From positions 768,001 through 832,000 of the forward strand of contig CAXXTU010000002.1 of NCBI GenBank assembly GCA_963662655.2: a DNA stretch of 64,000 bases. Reading direction: 5' to 3'. Source of the stretch: Candidatus Cloacimonadales bacterium. GTDB lineage: Bacteria; Cloacimonadota; Cloacimonadia; Cloacimonadales; JAIOQZ01. Position numbers and translations under genes: made by a program. Numbering within the stretch: position 1 is the stretch's first letter; every line of letters begins with the position of its first letter. Below are positions 19,407 through 30,073 of this stretch, in pieces. Under the pieces are notes generated by a model that saw only the letters and a list, made by a program, of their open reading frames with translations, searched no databases and was not told the origin of the DNA.

Positions 19407-22400
19407 TCATTTTGCTTTATACGCGATGGTGAAAGACATCGTCGTTCCTTTTCCCCATTGGCTGTTCACCGTTATCTTACCACCCAGCAAATTGACAAGC
19501 TTGTCGCAGATGGAAAGGCCTAGTCCCGTTCCCTCATACTTCCTTGTCAAGCCGGTTTCAACTTGCTGGAACGGTTTGAAGAGCTTATCGAGGTCTTCAT
19601 CCTTTATACCGATTCCCGTATCTATTACAGAGAATTCAATCACTTTTTTCGTTGGAGAAGTCAAGGGCGTATGCAATTTCACGTTAAGCGAGATACCACC
19701 GGTTTCCGTAAACTTGACTGCGTTGCTGAGTAGATTCAGCAATATCTGCTCGATACGCCTGGAGTCGCTGACGATCGCGCCGATATTCTCGCTGATCTTG
19801 AAAGTAACATCCAGGTCTTTCTTCTTCGCGAGGGGAATGATGGACTGGATAACCTTCTGCACGCTGTCCGAAAGGTAGAACTCGGACTCGACAATCTGAA
19901 GCTGCCCGGCCTCGATCTTGGAGATGTCCAGGATGTCGTTGATGAGCGAAAGGAGGTGCTTCGAGCTCGCCTTGACCATCCCAAGCTGCTTCTTCTGCTC
20001 CGGATTCATCGGCCCCGGAAGCTCTTGCAGCAGGATTCCCGTGAATCCGATGATCGAGTTCAGGGGTGTGCGAAGTTCGTGCGACATCGACGCGAGGAAT
20101 GCCGATTTCAGACGGTCGGCGGACTCGGCTTGCTCCTTTGCCTCTCGCAGGCTGATTTCCATTTCCTTTCTGCGGTTGATTTCGTACTTCAACGTGCGGT
20201 TCCACAGGAATGCCGCTATGATAAGCGCGATGAGCAGAACAAAAGCGATGCTTCCCCAGAAGAGGATCCGCCTTGCTTCACGGCTGTGCTCGAACCGAAC
20301 CGTTATCCACTTCGATCGCAATTCGGCCGCCTTGTCTTCCGAGACGGACGAGAGGGCTTTCGAGATAATGTTGAAGAGGATCGGCCAGTCGTTGCGGATT
20401 GCGAATGAGATGCCGTCGATCATGCCATCCATGGGCGCAGCAACGACGACATTTGTGAAATTGTATTGAGACACGACGTACGCGCCATGCGCAAGCGTGT
20501 TGATATAGGCATCTGCTTCGCCCTTGGAAACCGCTTCGATCGCGTCGTAAGTGCTGTTGTAGAGCTTGAGCTTCAGGAAGGGATAGTGCCGCTCCAGCCT
20601 TTCTTGCATATAGCTTTTGCTTTTCAGCGCGATGACCTTTCCCCGGAGGTCGTCAACGCCGCCGATGAACGGCGCGTCCTTTCTGGTGAAGATCATTTCG
20701 GGCGAAGTGATGTAAGGCTGCGTGAAGTTGAGGTATTCTTTGCGCGCCTCGGTCGGCATGACGGCGCACAGCACATCGATCTCACGCTTCTTGGTTTTCT
20801 CGATCACCTCGGACCATGTGGGGTATGGAACAACCTGGAGATTCGTGCCGCAGCGCTCGTTGATCAGCTTGATGTAATCGGAGGCGAGACCATCGTGGTT
20901 TCCCGCTTCGTTGATGAACTCGAACGGTTCGAATCCCGGGTCCACTCCCACGCGTATGACCGGATGATCCTGAATCCATTTCTCTTCCACTTCGGTCAGC
21001 ATCTGGGCGTAATCGTGAGAGGCTTCCTGTTTCTCTGTCAGCCAGAACCTTTGATCCTGGTCGGATATCCATCGACGTTCGATGTTATCGAGCTCGTTCA
21101 GAGGGATATTCTCGATTCCCCGGTTGATCGTTTCGAGGATCGACTTGTTGTTTTCGAGTACACCTGCCAACAGGGGCGAAGTAAAGGTCGGCGGCTCCGC
21201 AATGATCTGCCCGGCCAGTCTTTCCTCCATCAGGAGAAGTTTGCCCACCTGGGAATCTGCAAGCATCACATCGATGTCGTTGGATAGTATGGCGTACGCC
21301 ATCTCGCTCAGCGACGAGAATCTGCGAATGATACAACTGACCGGCAGATTCAGAACGCAGTAATCGTCTTCGATCGTGTTCTGCACGACACCGATGACAA
21401 GATTCTCGAGCTGTGTGATATCGCTGGGGTAGGAGATGTTTGAAAGATGGAACAATGAAGACCGCTTCTGATAGAACGGATCGGAGAATACGAGCTTCTC
21501 CTTGGCGTATTCGCTTGCCGGCAAGCCGATATGAAAATCGGCCATTCCATCGATGACAGCCTGAATCGCATCGGTTGTTGTCCCGGGCAGGAAGCTCACT
21601 TTGCGGCCGGTAGTTTTCGACCACAGCTTCCAGTATTCCACCAGTATCCCGTCGGGCATTCCGTAGGGATTTACGAACTCGTAGGGCTGTTTGTCCATGT
21701 CCATGGAAATGATCAGACCTTCGTCGATCTTATGTGTGCGGGAAATGCCAAGCCATTTCTTCTCGATCTCGGCGAACTCGTTCGGGGGGATATCTTTCAG
21801 GCCTCTGTTCAATGTCTGAAGCAGTTGCTCATTCCCCTTGGCTATAGCGCCCCTATATTGCTGTGAGAAGAGAGGTTTGTCCACCTGATACCGGAAATCT
21901 CTGTCAAAGCCGCTGCTTTTCATGTACTGGTTCAGGTTTTCGATGGGGGCGATGAAAACCTTGATCTCTCCATTCAATGCGGCCTTGAATAGCGATGGAT
22001 AATCGTCGTACCGCTTGAGTGTCAGTTCCGGGTAATGGGATTGCATGTACCGATCGGTGAAGCCGCCCTCGGGAACGCCCACGAGGTAACCGGAAAGATC
22101 GGACACGGATCGTATACCCAGCAGATTCTTGTGATACATCATGTAGTAGGAGGCATTGAATATGGGATCGGTGAAGTCGAAGAAAGCCTCTCGCTCTAGC
22201 GACTCGAACAACCCTGCATGCAGGTCGGCTCTTCCATCGCGAACCATGTTCACCGTTTCTACGAACGGGGCATCGATAAAAACCAGTGGAACGCCGGTTG
22301 TTTCCGACCACTTTCTCCAGATATCCATCAAGATGCCGGAAGCTTCGCCTTTGTCGCTGATAAACTTGTAGGGGGGATTGTTCTGATTGTAGGCAATACG

Positions 22401-22490
22401 AATCGGCGCTGTTTCCTGAGAGAACAGGCAACTGGAATAGAAGATAAGGCATAGCAAGCTAATTATGTAGATGCTTACGATACGAGACAT
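19407..22490 (-). CDS. Membrane sensor histidine kinase with three periplasmic solute-binding (Venus-flytrap) domains, BvgS/EvgS-like
   Basis: Three repeats (NPPYKF, KQPYEF, FEPFEF), one TM helix, [30 protein letters not shown] at 22490 preferred. Confidence 0.88.
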   Translation of the reverse strand: MSRIVSIYIISLLCLIFYSSCLFSQETAPIRIAYNQNNPPYKFISDKGEASGILMDIWRKWSETTGVPLVFIDAPFVETVNMVRDGRADLHAGLFESLEREAFFDFTDPIFNASYYMMYHKNLLGIRSVSDLSGYLVGVPEGGFTDRYMQSHYPELTLKRYDDYPSLFKAALNGEIKVFIAPIENLNQYMKSSGFDRDFRYQVDKPLFSQQYRGAIAKGNEQLLQTLNRGLKDIPPNEFAEIEKKWLGISRTHKIDEGLIISMDMDKQPYEFVNPYGMPDGILVEYWKLWSKTTGRKVSFLPGTTTDAIQAVIDGMADFHIGLPASEYAKEKLVFSDPFYQKRSSLFHLSNISYPSDITQLENLVIGVVQNTIEDDYCVLNLPVSCIIRRFSSLSEMAYAILSNDIDVMLADSQVGKLLLMEERLAGQIIAEPPTFTSPLLAGVLENNKSILETINRGIENIPLNELDNIERRWISDQDQRFWLTEKQEASHDYAQMLTEVEEKWIQDHPVIRVGVDPGFEPFEFINEAGNHDGLASDYIKLINERCGTNLQVVPYPTWSEVIEKTKKREIDVLCAVMPTEARKEYLNFTQPYITSPEMIFTRKDAPFIGGVDDLRGKVIALKSKSYMQERLERHYPFLKLKLYNSTYDAIEAVSKGEADAYINTLAHGAYVVSQYNFTNVVVAAPMDGMIDGISFAIRNDWPILFNIISKALSSVSEDKAAELRSKWITVRFEHSREARRILFWGSIAFVLLIALIIAAFLWNRTLKYEINRRKEMEISLREAKEQAESADRLKSAFLASMSHELRTPLNSIIGFTGILLQELPGPMNPEQKKQLGMVKASSKHLLSLINDILDISKIEAGQLQIVESEFYLSDSVQKVIQSIIPLAKKKDLDVTFKISENIGAIVSDSRRIEQILLNLLSNAVKFTETGGISLNVKLHTPLTSPTKKVIEFSVIDTGIGIKDEDLDKLFKPFQQVETGLTRKYEGTGLGLSICDKLVNLLGGKITVNSQWGKGTTMSFTIAYKAK

Positions 22491-22712
22491 CGATAACTCC
22501 CCCAGTTCCAACGGTACCTAATCTAGATCAAAGAATACGCCGACATTGTTTGATGTAATGAATTTATATGTCGGAAATCACTGGCTGTCAAGCTTTCTTT
22601 TTGTATATATCTCTCAGATGTTCATTGTGGATCGTGTCTGTTTTATAAATGCATGTACTAAAGCTTTACCATTGAAAAAGTTCCGAATGGAGAATCATTA
22701 ACTGCTGATATC

Positions 22713-22746
22713 AAAGAAAATGCCCCCAGGCATAAGCGAGGGGGCA
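22713..22746 (-). terminator. Probable intrinsic terminator
   Basis: TGCCCCC/GGGGGCA stem followed by a U-rich tract on the minus strand, just after the stop at 22762. Confidence 0.5.
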
Positions 22747-22761
22747 AACAAGGAGTGGTAA

Positions 22762-24588
22762 TTATTTCAGCATCAGCATTCGTTTTGTCTGCTGATAGTC
22801 GTCTGTTTCGATGCGATACAGGTAAACACCGCTACCTACGGTTCTGTTCTGGTTATCTTTTCCAGACCACACCACCGAGTGGTTGCCCTTTTCCATATTC
22901 TTGTTCACAAGGGTCGTGACCTTCTGACCGAGCATGTTGTAAACCGTGATGGTTACATGGGTGTTTGCCGGAAGAGAATAGGAAATCTTCGTCTCGGGGT
23001 TGAACGGATTGGGCGCGTTCGAGATCGAGTACGCGGTTACCGGCTCAGGAACTTCGTCCGTATCGAGCGGTTCTTCGCCGTTATTGACCCACACGGCCTC
23101 TCGAACGATACGCTGGAAGCGAACGTCACCGGTTCCGGTTGCCGTTGCCGTGATCGTGTAGTTCCCGGGAATATTCGTATCACGGTAAACGATGCTGCCA
23201 GCCTGAGCTGAATCGTCGCCCGACAACGTCACGATGTGTCCGTCAGGATGTTCGATTGTGTAGGTAATCTCGTGCTGCGGAACTTCGCCGGTATTCGAAA
23301 GTGACGATTCGATGATCAGCGGATCGCCGGGCATCAGGTCACTTGCAGCAAAGCCGAGATCGAGTTCGAGGCTGCTTGCGGAAAGCGCCCAGAAGAAGAA
23401 GGTGTCCGGTTCCTGCGTCTGCTTCTCTGCATGGATAACGGCTTGCCAGGTTCCCGGCTCGGGGTTGTAAATCTTGTACGCTCTTTGCGTTGGAGTATGA
23501 ACAACCTTGTAATCATTCTGAAGAGGGCTGTAATCGTATATCTTGTTCGATGGAGAAATGAGCGTCAGGGTCATTTCGGTCGTCTCTTCGAACCAGTCGA
23601 GATTGACGGTCGCATTGCGGCAGGTTTCATCGAGATAGAAATCGTAGGTCAGGTCGGTAGACGGTTCGAGGAGCACGTCCTCGTAGTCGACCGTACGTTG
23701 CCCCGCCTTCAGAGCCTGATAGATATCGCTCATGATGACTGGGATATTACCGGTTGATGCGAAGTGGTACGAACCGCCTGTCGCATTGGCGAGCGCAATC
23801 AAGATGGATGGATTACAATCCGCACCAAAACCGAGCGCGTGAACAACGGTGTAATTCGAAAGATGGGTAAGGTTCCCCGCATTGCTTGAATTGTTCAAGC
23901 CGTCGGACATAACCAGGAGACCGGCGGGTTTTGCTGCATTCTGGAAATCCGGATCGTTTGAATCTGCGCTGTAAGTGACTTGCGTACAACCGAGTTCAAC
24001 ACCTCGGTACAGAGCTGTTGTTCCGCCTGCCTGCATCGACGATATTGTGCTTTGCATGGCAGAAAGCGTGGAACCGCTCTGCATGATACCGATTCCATAT
24101 TTAAGGTGTTCGCGTGACTCATACGAGACAACGCCAGCTTCGTCGCCGAGTGTCGAGTGGGTATCGAGCAGACTGTTGAAAGTGCCGGCCGCACTGACAA
24201 GCGAGTTGAGCTTCTGCCCCTGCATGCTGTAGGATTGATCGAGAACGTGCATCATGTCGATGCCGTACACCGTCACGTAGTCGTGTTCGTCCAGCGTGTC
24301 TTCATCATCATCCAGCGCAACGGTCAGGCTGACATCGTAGAACCCGAGGTCGACGTAAACATGCTGCGGGTTCTGTTCGGTCGATGTTGTCCCATCGCCG
24401 AAATCCCAAAGCCACGACGTCGGGTTGCCAGTCGATTCGTCCGTAAAGCTAACAATAAGCGGAACTCGCCCGGCTGGATCATCCGGATAATTTGTCGAGA
24501 ATGCCGCTTCCACCTGGGCGGCAAGTTGTAATGAAAACAGCGCTAACAACAGCAGTGAAAAAATCCCAATTGCCTTTCTCCTGTACAT
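22762..24588 (-). CDS. Secreted PKD + von Willebrand A domain protein with C-terminal FlgD-Ig sorting domain
   Basis: PKD motif [19 protein letters not shown]...NPQHVY. MIDAS DQSYSM, GGTTAL, MSDG. Tail [10 protein letters not shown]...KRMLMLK. Confidence 0.85.
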   Translation of the reverse strand: MYRRKAIGIFSLLLLALFSLQLAAQVEAAFSTNYPDDPAGRVPLIVSFTDESTGNPTSWLWDFGDGTTSTEQNPQHVYVDLGFYDVSLTVALDDDEDTLDEHDYVTVYGIDMMHVLDQSYSMQGQKLNSLVSAAGTFNSLLDTHSTLGDEAGVVSYESREHLKYGIGIMQSGSTLSAMQSTISSMQAGGTTALYRGVELGCTQVTYSADSNDPDFQNAAKPAGLLVMSDGLNNSSNAGNLTHLSNYTVVHALGFGADCNPSILIALANATGGSYHFASTGNIPVIMSDIYQALKAGQRTVDYEDVLLEPSTDLTYDFYLDETCRNATVNLDWFEETTEMTLTLISPSNKIYDYSPLQNDYKVVHTPTQRAYKIYNPEPGTWQAVIHAEKQTQEPDTFFFWALSASSLELDLGFAASDLMPGDPLIIESSLSNTGEVPQHEITYTIEHPDGHIVTLSGDDSAQAGSIVYRDTNIPGNYTITATATGTGDVRFQRIVREAVWVNNGEEPLDTDEVPEPVTAYSISNAPNPFNPETKISYSLPANTHVTITVYNMLGQKVTTLVNKNMEKGNHSVVWSGKDNQNRTVGSGVYLYRIETDDYQQTKRMLMLK

Positions 24589-24787
24589 TTTCAACTCTCC
24601 TATCTCTTCATTCACTTTTCGTTACAAGCAGTTATATCGATAAAATATAGATTTCATCGTAAATATTGCCAATCGTATTCCCTAATTTGTCAAGCATTTA
24701 GTGATTTTTTTTTGTTCATGCACTTGCCGCTACATTTCGCAAGCCCGAAATACACTGAAACGATTGACGTTATACCTGATCGCCAAA

Positions 24788-26947
24788 TCAGCTTTTTGCT
24801 TCTTGTACCGGTGAGAAATAGATATCGTCGGTCACCTTATCCAAACGTACGGTCATTCGATCCATCAGCATCACCGTCCGACCCGCGACCTCATCGATCA
24901 GGCGCATGTACTGCTCGTACAGCCTGAAATTCCCATTCATCTCCGCGATGGGAATTACGCCGATCACAGGCATGTCGTCCAGCTCGACGATGATGTTGTT
25001 GCGATTCACCGCAATCACGATGGCCGAATATTCTTCGCCCACGTGCTTCTTCATGAAATGGAGCTTGCTGACGCGATTGACTTCCCGCTCCGATTCATCC
25101 GCGAGGATTTCCCTGTCCGAGGCGACGTCGGCGTACTTCTTGAGGTCGTTCTTGCGGAACTTCGCTTTACCACCCTTGAAGACATGCATCTTCATCTGAT
25201 GGTGGACGATGAGGTCGCACAGACGTCTGATCGGTGACGTGAAATGCGTGTAGGTCGGTATCGCCAGGCCAAAGTGGCCTTTGTGCTCGGTGGTGTACTT
25301 CGCTTTCTTCAGGCTTCTCAGAATCATCCTGTCGAACACCCTGTGGAAGTCACGGTCTTCGATGCCGGAAAGGACGTTTTGGAGCGTCCTGTTCAGATTC
25401 TTGTGAAACTTCGCTTTGAGACCGTACACCTTGATGAGCGAAATCACCTGGCGAACAGAGTCTTCTTCCGGATCCTCATGGATGCGGTACATTGTGTTGT
25501 TCGCTTTCTGCGTGAGAATCCCGGCGACGTACTCGTTGGCAACGAGCATGAAGTTCTCGATTACCTTGTGAGATTCCGTTTCCGAAGATCGTTCCAGCTT
25601 CTTGAGGTAGCCTTCGTTGTCATAGACGAATTCCACCTCGGGAAGGTCGAAGTAGAGGCAACCCTTGGCATCGCGGTTGGCGGAGAGCACGCGGGAGAGC
25701 TTTCTCATCTCCAGAATCATGTCACCGAGCTCTTTCGAAAGGTCGATCTCCTTTCCTTCGTAGAGGTCGTCGACCTCCTCGTAGGTGAGGCGAGCATCCG
25801 ATTTGATCACCGATTCATAGGCTTCCTGGTTGAGGATGTGTCCGCGGTTATCGAACTCGGTAACGACGGTCATGGTCATTTTGTCCTCGTTAGGGCGCAA
25901 ACTGCATATCCGGTTTGAGAGTTTCTCGGGGATCATGGGAATCACGCGGCGCGGGAAATAGTAGCTGTTTCCGCGCTGCAAGGCTTCCTGAAAGAGGGGA
26001 GAGGCGATAGGGATGTAATGCGCCACATCCGCAATGTGTACGTAAAGCTTCCAACCGTAGGAGGTTACTTCGAGAGAAATCGCGTCGTCGTAGTCCTTGG
26101 CAGAGGCGGGGTCGATGGTGATGGTCTTGATCGCTCGAAAATCCTTGCGGCTCGAGATGTCGCTGAAATCCTCCTCGATTCCCTCCAGTTGCTCCAGCAC
26201 CTGCGGCGGAAACTCCAGAGGGAGTTCGTAACGACGAATCACCGCGAGAATTTCGATCTCGGGATTCCCGGATTCTCCCAGTATCTCGCTGATCTTACCG
26301 GATGGCTTGCGCGATTTGACGCGATCGCCCCAGTCCTGCACATCCAGCACGGCCTTCTTGCCCTCGGAAAGGTTTTCGGGGTCCTGAATGTTGAACGGCA
26401 TGTGAATCTTGGGGTCGTCTGGCTGAAGAATCCATTTCTTGCCGAGCCTTTGAATATCGCCCACGATCTGCTTGCGCTGACGCTCCACGATCTTGGTGAT
26501 GGTTCCGTACAACCTCTTGCCGCGACGGTACTTGGCTTCGACGAGCACCTTGTCTTTATGGAAGGCATTCATCGTGTCTTCCACATCGACGAACACGTCA
26601 CCCTCATCGGTGATCACGAACGCAAAGGAGTGATCCCGCGCCAGGCTTCCGGCGTCGAGCCAGCCTTCCAGAACTTTGCCGTCCTTCGGGCTCTTGCGAT
26701 TCTCCTCGTCGCGCGGAGCGTTCCACCGTGATTTCTCCGGCGTCTCTTTCTTTCGCGCTGCCGAGAAAAGCTTGTTCTGGCGTGTAATCCGGCCATCGTT
26801 CGCCAGAGACGCCAGCGTGTCTTTCAATACGCGGTACTGGTGTTTTTTTGTATGGATTAGAGATGCTATATCTCTCAAATGGAACATCTTATCGGGATTG
26901 TTCGAAAGCAATGCGAGCACTTTTTGTGCTATTTCGTTATTATACAT
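24788..26947 (-). CDS. rnr: Ribonuclease R (RNB family)
   Basis: TIDPASAKDYDDA, VHIADV, IENFMLVAN, HFGLA..YTHFTSPIRR..DL.VH, cold-shock and S1-like regions. Confidence 0.92.
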   Translation of the reverse strand: MYNNEIAQKVLALLSNNPDKMFHLRDIASLIHTKKHQYRVLKDTLASLANDGRITRQNKLFSAARKKETPEKSRWNAPRDEENRKSPKDGKVLEGWLDAGSLARDHSFAFVITDEGDVFVDVEDTMNAFHKDKVLVEAKYRRGKRLYGTITKIVERQRKQIVGDIQRLGKKWILQPDDPKIHMPFNIQDPENLSEGKKAVLDVQDWGDRVKSRKPSGKISEILGESGNPEIEILAVIRRYELPLEFPPQVLEQLEGIEEDFSDISSRKDFRAIKTITIDPASAKDYDDAISLEVTSYGWKLYVHIADVAHYIPIASPLFQEALQRGNSYYFPRRVIPMIPEKLSNRICSLRPNEDKMTMTVVTEFDNRGHILNQEAYESVIKSDARLTYEEVDDLYEGKEIDLSKELGDMILEMRKLSRVLSANRDAKGCLYFDLPEVEFVYDNEGYLKKLERSSETESHKVIENFMLVANEYVAGILTQKANNTMYRIHEDPEEDSVRQVISLIKVYGLKAKFHKNLNRTLQNVLSGIEDRDFHRVFDRMILRSLKKAKYTTEHKGHFGLAIPTYTHFTSPIRRLCDLIVHHQMKMHVFKGGKAKFRKNDLKKYADVASDREILADESEREVNRVSKLHFMKKHVGEEYSAIVIAVNRNNIIVELDDMPVIGVIPIAEMNGNFRLYEQYMRLIDEVAGRTVMLMDRMTVRLDKVTDDIYFSPVQEAKS

Positions 26948-26976
26948 ATTATTATTTCCAATAGGGAAGAGGCGGT

Positions 26977-27426
26977 TTAGTATTCAGGGTGGATCTTTCT
27001 CTCGAGGATTTCCTTCAATTCCGTTTTCTCCTCCTGACGTTTGGAAAAACGCAGGGATTGACCGCGGAATCGATCCAGCCTGTTCGGCTGCGGGAACGTC
27101 CCCAGCATCATGCCTTTCTTATCGGCGTAGAAACAGTGGAAATCGGAGTATTTGCGACTGATCTTGATCGAGAAATAGTTGATATCGATGCGGTCTTCAT
27201 ACAGCTTGTACTGCGTCGGGATGTAGTACGGCGCCAGGTTTCCGAGCACCAGAAGTAACCCCAGCACGTAAAAGAGCGGCATTTGCCACTCGACAACCGC
27301 GATCTGCCAGAGAAGGAATGCGAGCCCGACCAGGAAGACCGTCAGGAGGATGCTCGCCCTGGGGTAGTCGATCAGCGGAAAGGATGTCCACTTCAGCAGT
27401 GGCTGATCCTGATTGTTATTCGACAT
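26977..27426 (-). CDS. Hypothetical membrane protein (two TM helices plus small beta domain)
   Basis: Fills the gap between yicC and rnr, overlaps the yicC stop, two hydrophobic helices. Confidence 0.7.
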   Translation of the reverse strand: MSNNNQDQPLLKWTSFPLIDYPRASILLTVFLVGLAFLLWQIAVVEWQMPLFYVLGLLLVLGNLAPYYIPTQYKLYEDRIDINYFSIKISRKYSDFHCFYADKKGMMLGTFPQPNRLDRFRGQSLRFSKRQEEKTELKEILERKIHPEY

Positions 27427-28294
27427 TCTGCACCATCTCGCGGCATTTCTCGATCTCTTCCTTAATCGTCAAAAGTTGCGGAAACACTTTGGAATTATTG
27501 AATTTGACGCTCATCGTGTTGGCCTCGCGGTGCATCTCCTGCAGGATGAAATTGAGCGATTTTCCCAGCTCGGCATTCTCCACGAAAAGCTTGTCGCGGA
27601 ACTTCTCTACGTGGTCTTTCAGGCGTATGATTTCCTCGTTGATGTCCGCCTTCTCGATGAAGATCGCCGTCTCGGTGAGGATCCTGCGTTCGTCTTCTTC
27701 GTTCAGGGTGTCGTTGAGGATGGTGGCAAGCTGGTTCTTGTACTTCATGAACATCTCGTTGCGGAATTCCGGGAATTCGTTTTCCACGATCGCCAGCGCC
27801 GATGTGATCCGCATGACGGAGGAGACGAGGAAATCCTGCATCGATTCGCCTTCACGTAAAGCCATTTCGGTATGCTCGTCGAGCGCGCTCACAAGGGGCG
27901 CCGTAAGGGCGTTCATCACGATGTCTTTGTCGGTTTCGGGGAGCGTCTCGAGCACAACGCCGTCGATCGCCATGATTTTATCGAGAGGGATTTCCTGCTG
28001 CGTATTGAGAAGGTTCTTCGCGTTGTTGTAGAGCTCCCAGAGCGCAAGCAACCGCGGTTGATCGATGGAAAGGCTGGGGAGACGCTTGTCTCTGAAATTG
28101 ATTCGAACATCGACCTTTCCCCGACGCATCTTTTTCATCACGATGTCGCGTATCAACATCTCGTAAGGATTCAGTTCGCGGGAAAGATATATTCGCAGAT
28201 CAAGGAAGCGGTGGTTCACCGATTTGATTTCGATCTCGATCTCGAAATTCTCGTCCGAGTAGGTTCCTTTGCCGTAGCCGGTCATGCTTCTCAT
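27416..28294 (-). CDS. yicC: YicC/YloC family endoribonuclease
   Basis: MRSMTGYG, IKSVNHRFLD, RGKV, DINEEIIRL, LNFILQEMHREANT, REMVQNVE. Confidence 0.93.
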   Translation of the reverse strand: MRSMTGYGKGTYSDENFEIEIEIKSVNHRFLDLRIYLSRELNPYEMLIRDIVMKKMRRGKVDVRINFRDKRLPSLSIDQPRLLALWELYNNAKNLLNTQQEIPLDKIMAIDGVVLETLPETDKDIVMNALTAPLVSALDEHTEMALREGESMQDFLVSSVMRITSALAIVENEFPEFRNEMFMKYKNQLATILNDTLNEEDERRILTETAIFIEKADINEEIIRLKDHVEKFRDKLFVENAELGKSLNFILQEMHREANTMSVKFNNSKVFPQLLTIKEEIEKCREMVQNVE

Positions 28295-28641
28295 GTAGGA
28301 AATCCTCCAATATACTATACTACGTCCAAAATCTCATCTCGATAGAATAATGCAAGGCTTTTTCATTTTTTTCCAGACTTCGTTTTCGCCGACCTCGAAA
28401 TATCGCTCAGGTGCGACGATCTCGATATGGGCGGGATCATTTCATTGCTCGTGGAATCTGGACGTCAAAATAATGGCGTATGGCACTGATTGATGAAATC
28501 GCATAAATGCAACAAAATGAGGGAGAATAAGCGTCACCGCAATGTAACCAACACTATGCAAATCTGTTCCGCAATATATATTAGTTTACATAATATATAT
28601 TATCACAGTATTGAATTCTTTGTGCCAAATGAGTCCGTTTC

Positions 28642-29511
28642 ATGTTGGCATTCATTCTTTTTCATACTTCCGTTTTTTATGAACTTGACACCGTTTCGCT
28701 GTCCGGCCTCTTTTTGTTCACTCATCAACCACAGTCATGGAGTTACGGAATGATATCAAGAATGATAATCCTGTTTTGGGTCGCGGCTTCCTTCTGTATG
28801 CAAATCATTCCATGGAGCATTAACGGCATCAGGAATGTTTTCCAGAAAATCCCCGACAGCATTGAGGGTATCAAGCCTGAAGCTTCCGGAGAATCATTTA
28901 TCAGAAAATTGTTTCAGAATCAGATATCCATTCTGTTCATCGTGCCTATCGGCATCATGTATATCGATCGAGTCGAAGAATTCGGCTTGATTCCATCATT
29001 GCCATACTATTCATATTTTCTTGCGTTTGTGATTGGAATCATCATTCTTGTTTCAAGCATATTCTTTTACCGTCTCGTGGCGATTATCATGCAACGCACC
29101 ATCCCGAAACAGCTCGAGCACGATATCAGGCAGTATCAGTACAACATCGGCAAGGTTCTAGGACTCAAGACCTGGCAGAAAGTCCTGCTGGCAATGTGCA
29201 ACGGCTTCTCCGAGGAATTGCTTATGCGTGTGTTTGTGATTGGATTTCTGACGTTCTATCTACAGGTGAATCCAATCATTTCGGTTTCGATATCGCTCTT
29301 TCTGAATGCCTTACACCATACCTATCAGGGACGCATAATCGGTGCGATATCAGTAGTGTACGTACAGGCGTACTATTGTGCTGCATATCTGATATTCAGG
29401 GATTTCCTGCTGATCGCAGTTCTGCATGTTGCTGCGGATTTCACCGGCTTATTCATCCCGGGAGTATTGAGTTACATAAATAACAGGCGTATATCTTCGC
29501 ACAAGAATTAA
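28642..29511 (+). CDS. CPBP/CAAX (Abi) family intramembrane metalloprotease
   Basis: Multiple TM helices with EELLMR, FLNALHHTYQG and LHVAAD motifs. Start uncertain (TTG 28642 or ATG 28750). Confidence 0.75.
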   Translation: MLAFILFHTSVFYELDTVSLSGLFLFTHQPQSWSYGMISRMIILFWVAASFCMQIIPWSINGIRNVFQKIPDSIEGIKPEASGESFIRKLFQNQISILFIVPIGIMYIDRVEEFGLIPSLPYYSYFLAFVIGIIILVSSIFFYRLVAIIMQRTIPKQLEHDIRQYQYNIGKVLGLKTWQKVLLAMCNGFSEELLMRVFVIGFLTFYLQVNPIISVSISLFLNALHHTYQGRIIGAISVVYVQAYYCAAYLIFRDFLLIAVLHVAADFTGLFIPGVLSYINNRRISSHKN

Positions 29512-29608
29512 CGAAACAAGAATTATGCACAAATATTAATTGCCATCTATCCTTGACATCCATCACGCATTTATAATTATTTACAATACGTAAGGAGATT
29601 GCACATAT

Positions 29609-29980
29609 ATGGCCATTATATATGATTATACCAAGAAGGATAATGTATTGCACGTTGAGGCGGCAGGAACTGGCGATAGCCTTGAAGAATCTATCAATTA
29701 CGTTGTTCGAGTTAAAAACATTGCACTGGAATACAATTGCCAGAAAATCCTTTTCGATGAGCAAAAGCTTTTCTATACGCTTGAAGACATAGAACTGTAC
29801 CAGTCTGTCGAGTTCATGGTGCAAAATGTACCCAATAATATGAAGATCGCTGTCGTTGTCCATCCAGAACAGAAATCGGAAGGTGATTTCTGGGAAACGA
29901 TGGCACTGAACCGCGGCTTGTACGTAAAAGTTTGCGAAGACACAGATATAGCGCTACAATGGCTTAACTCCTCCAGCTAA
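29609..29980 (+). CDS. Small hypothetical protein, possibly SpoIIAA/STAS-like fold
   Basis: AAGGAG RBS. KILFDE, KIAVV and FWETMALNRG..VKV..D...ALQWL pattern. Confidence 0.6.
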   Translation: MAIIYDYTKKDNVLHVEAAGTGDSLEESINYVVRVKNIALEYNCQKILFDEQKLFYTLEDIELYQSVEFMVQNVPNNMKIAVVVHPEQKSEGDFWETMALNRGLYVKVCEDTDIALQWLNSSS

Positions 29981-30073
29981 CTTTCGCCTCTTCCCCATTT
30001 GCCCCCTTGAAGTTATCGACTATCTTTCATGTATAATCATGTACACGAAATCAAACAATTACAGGACGATGTA

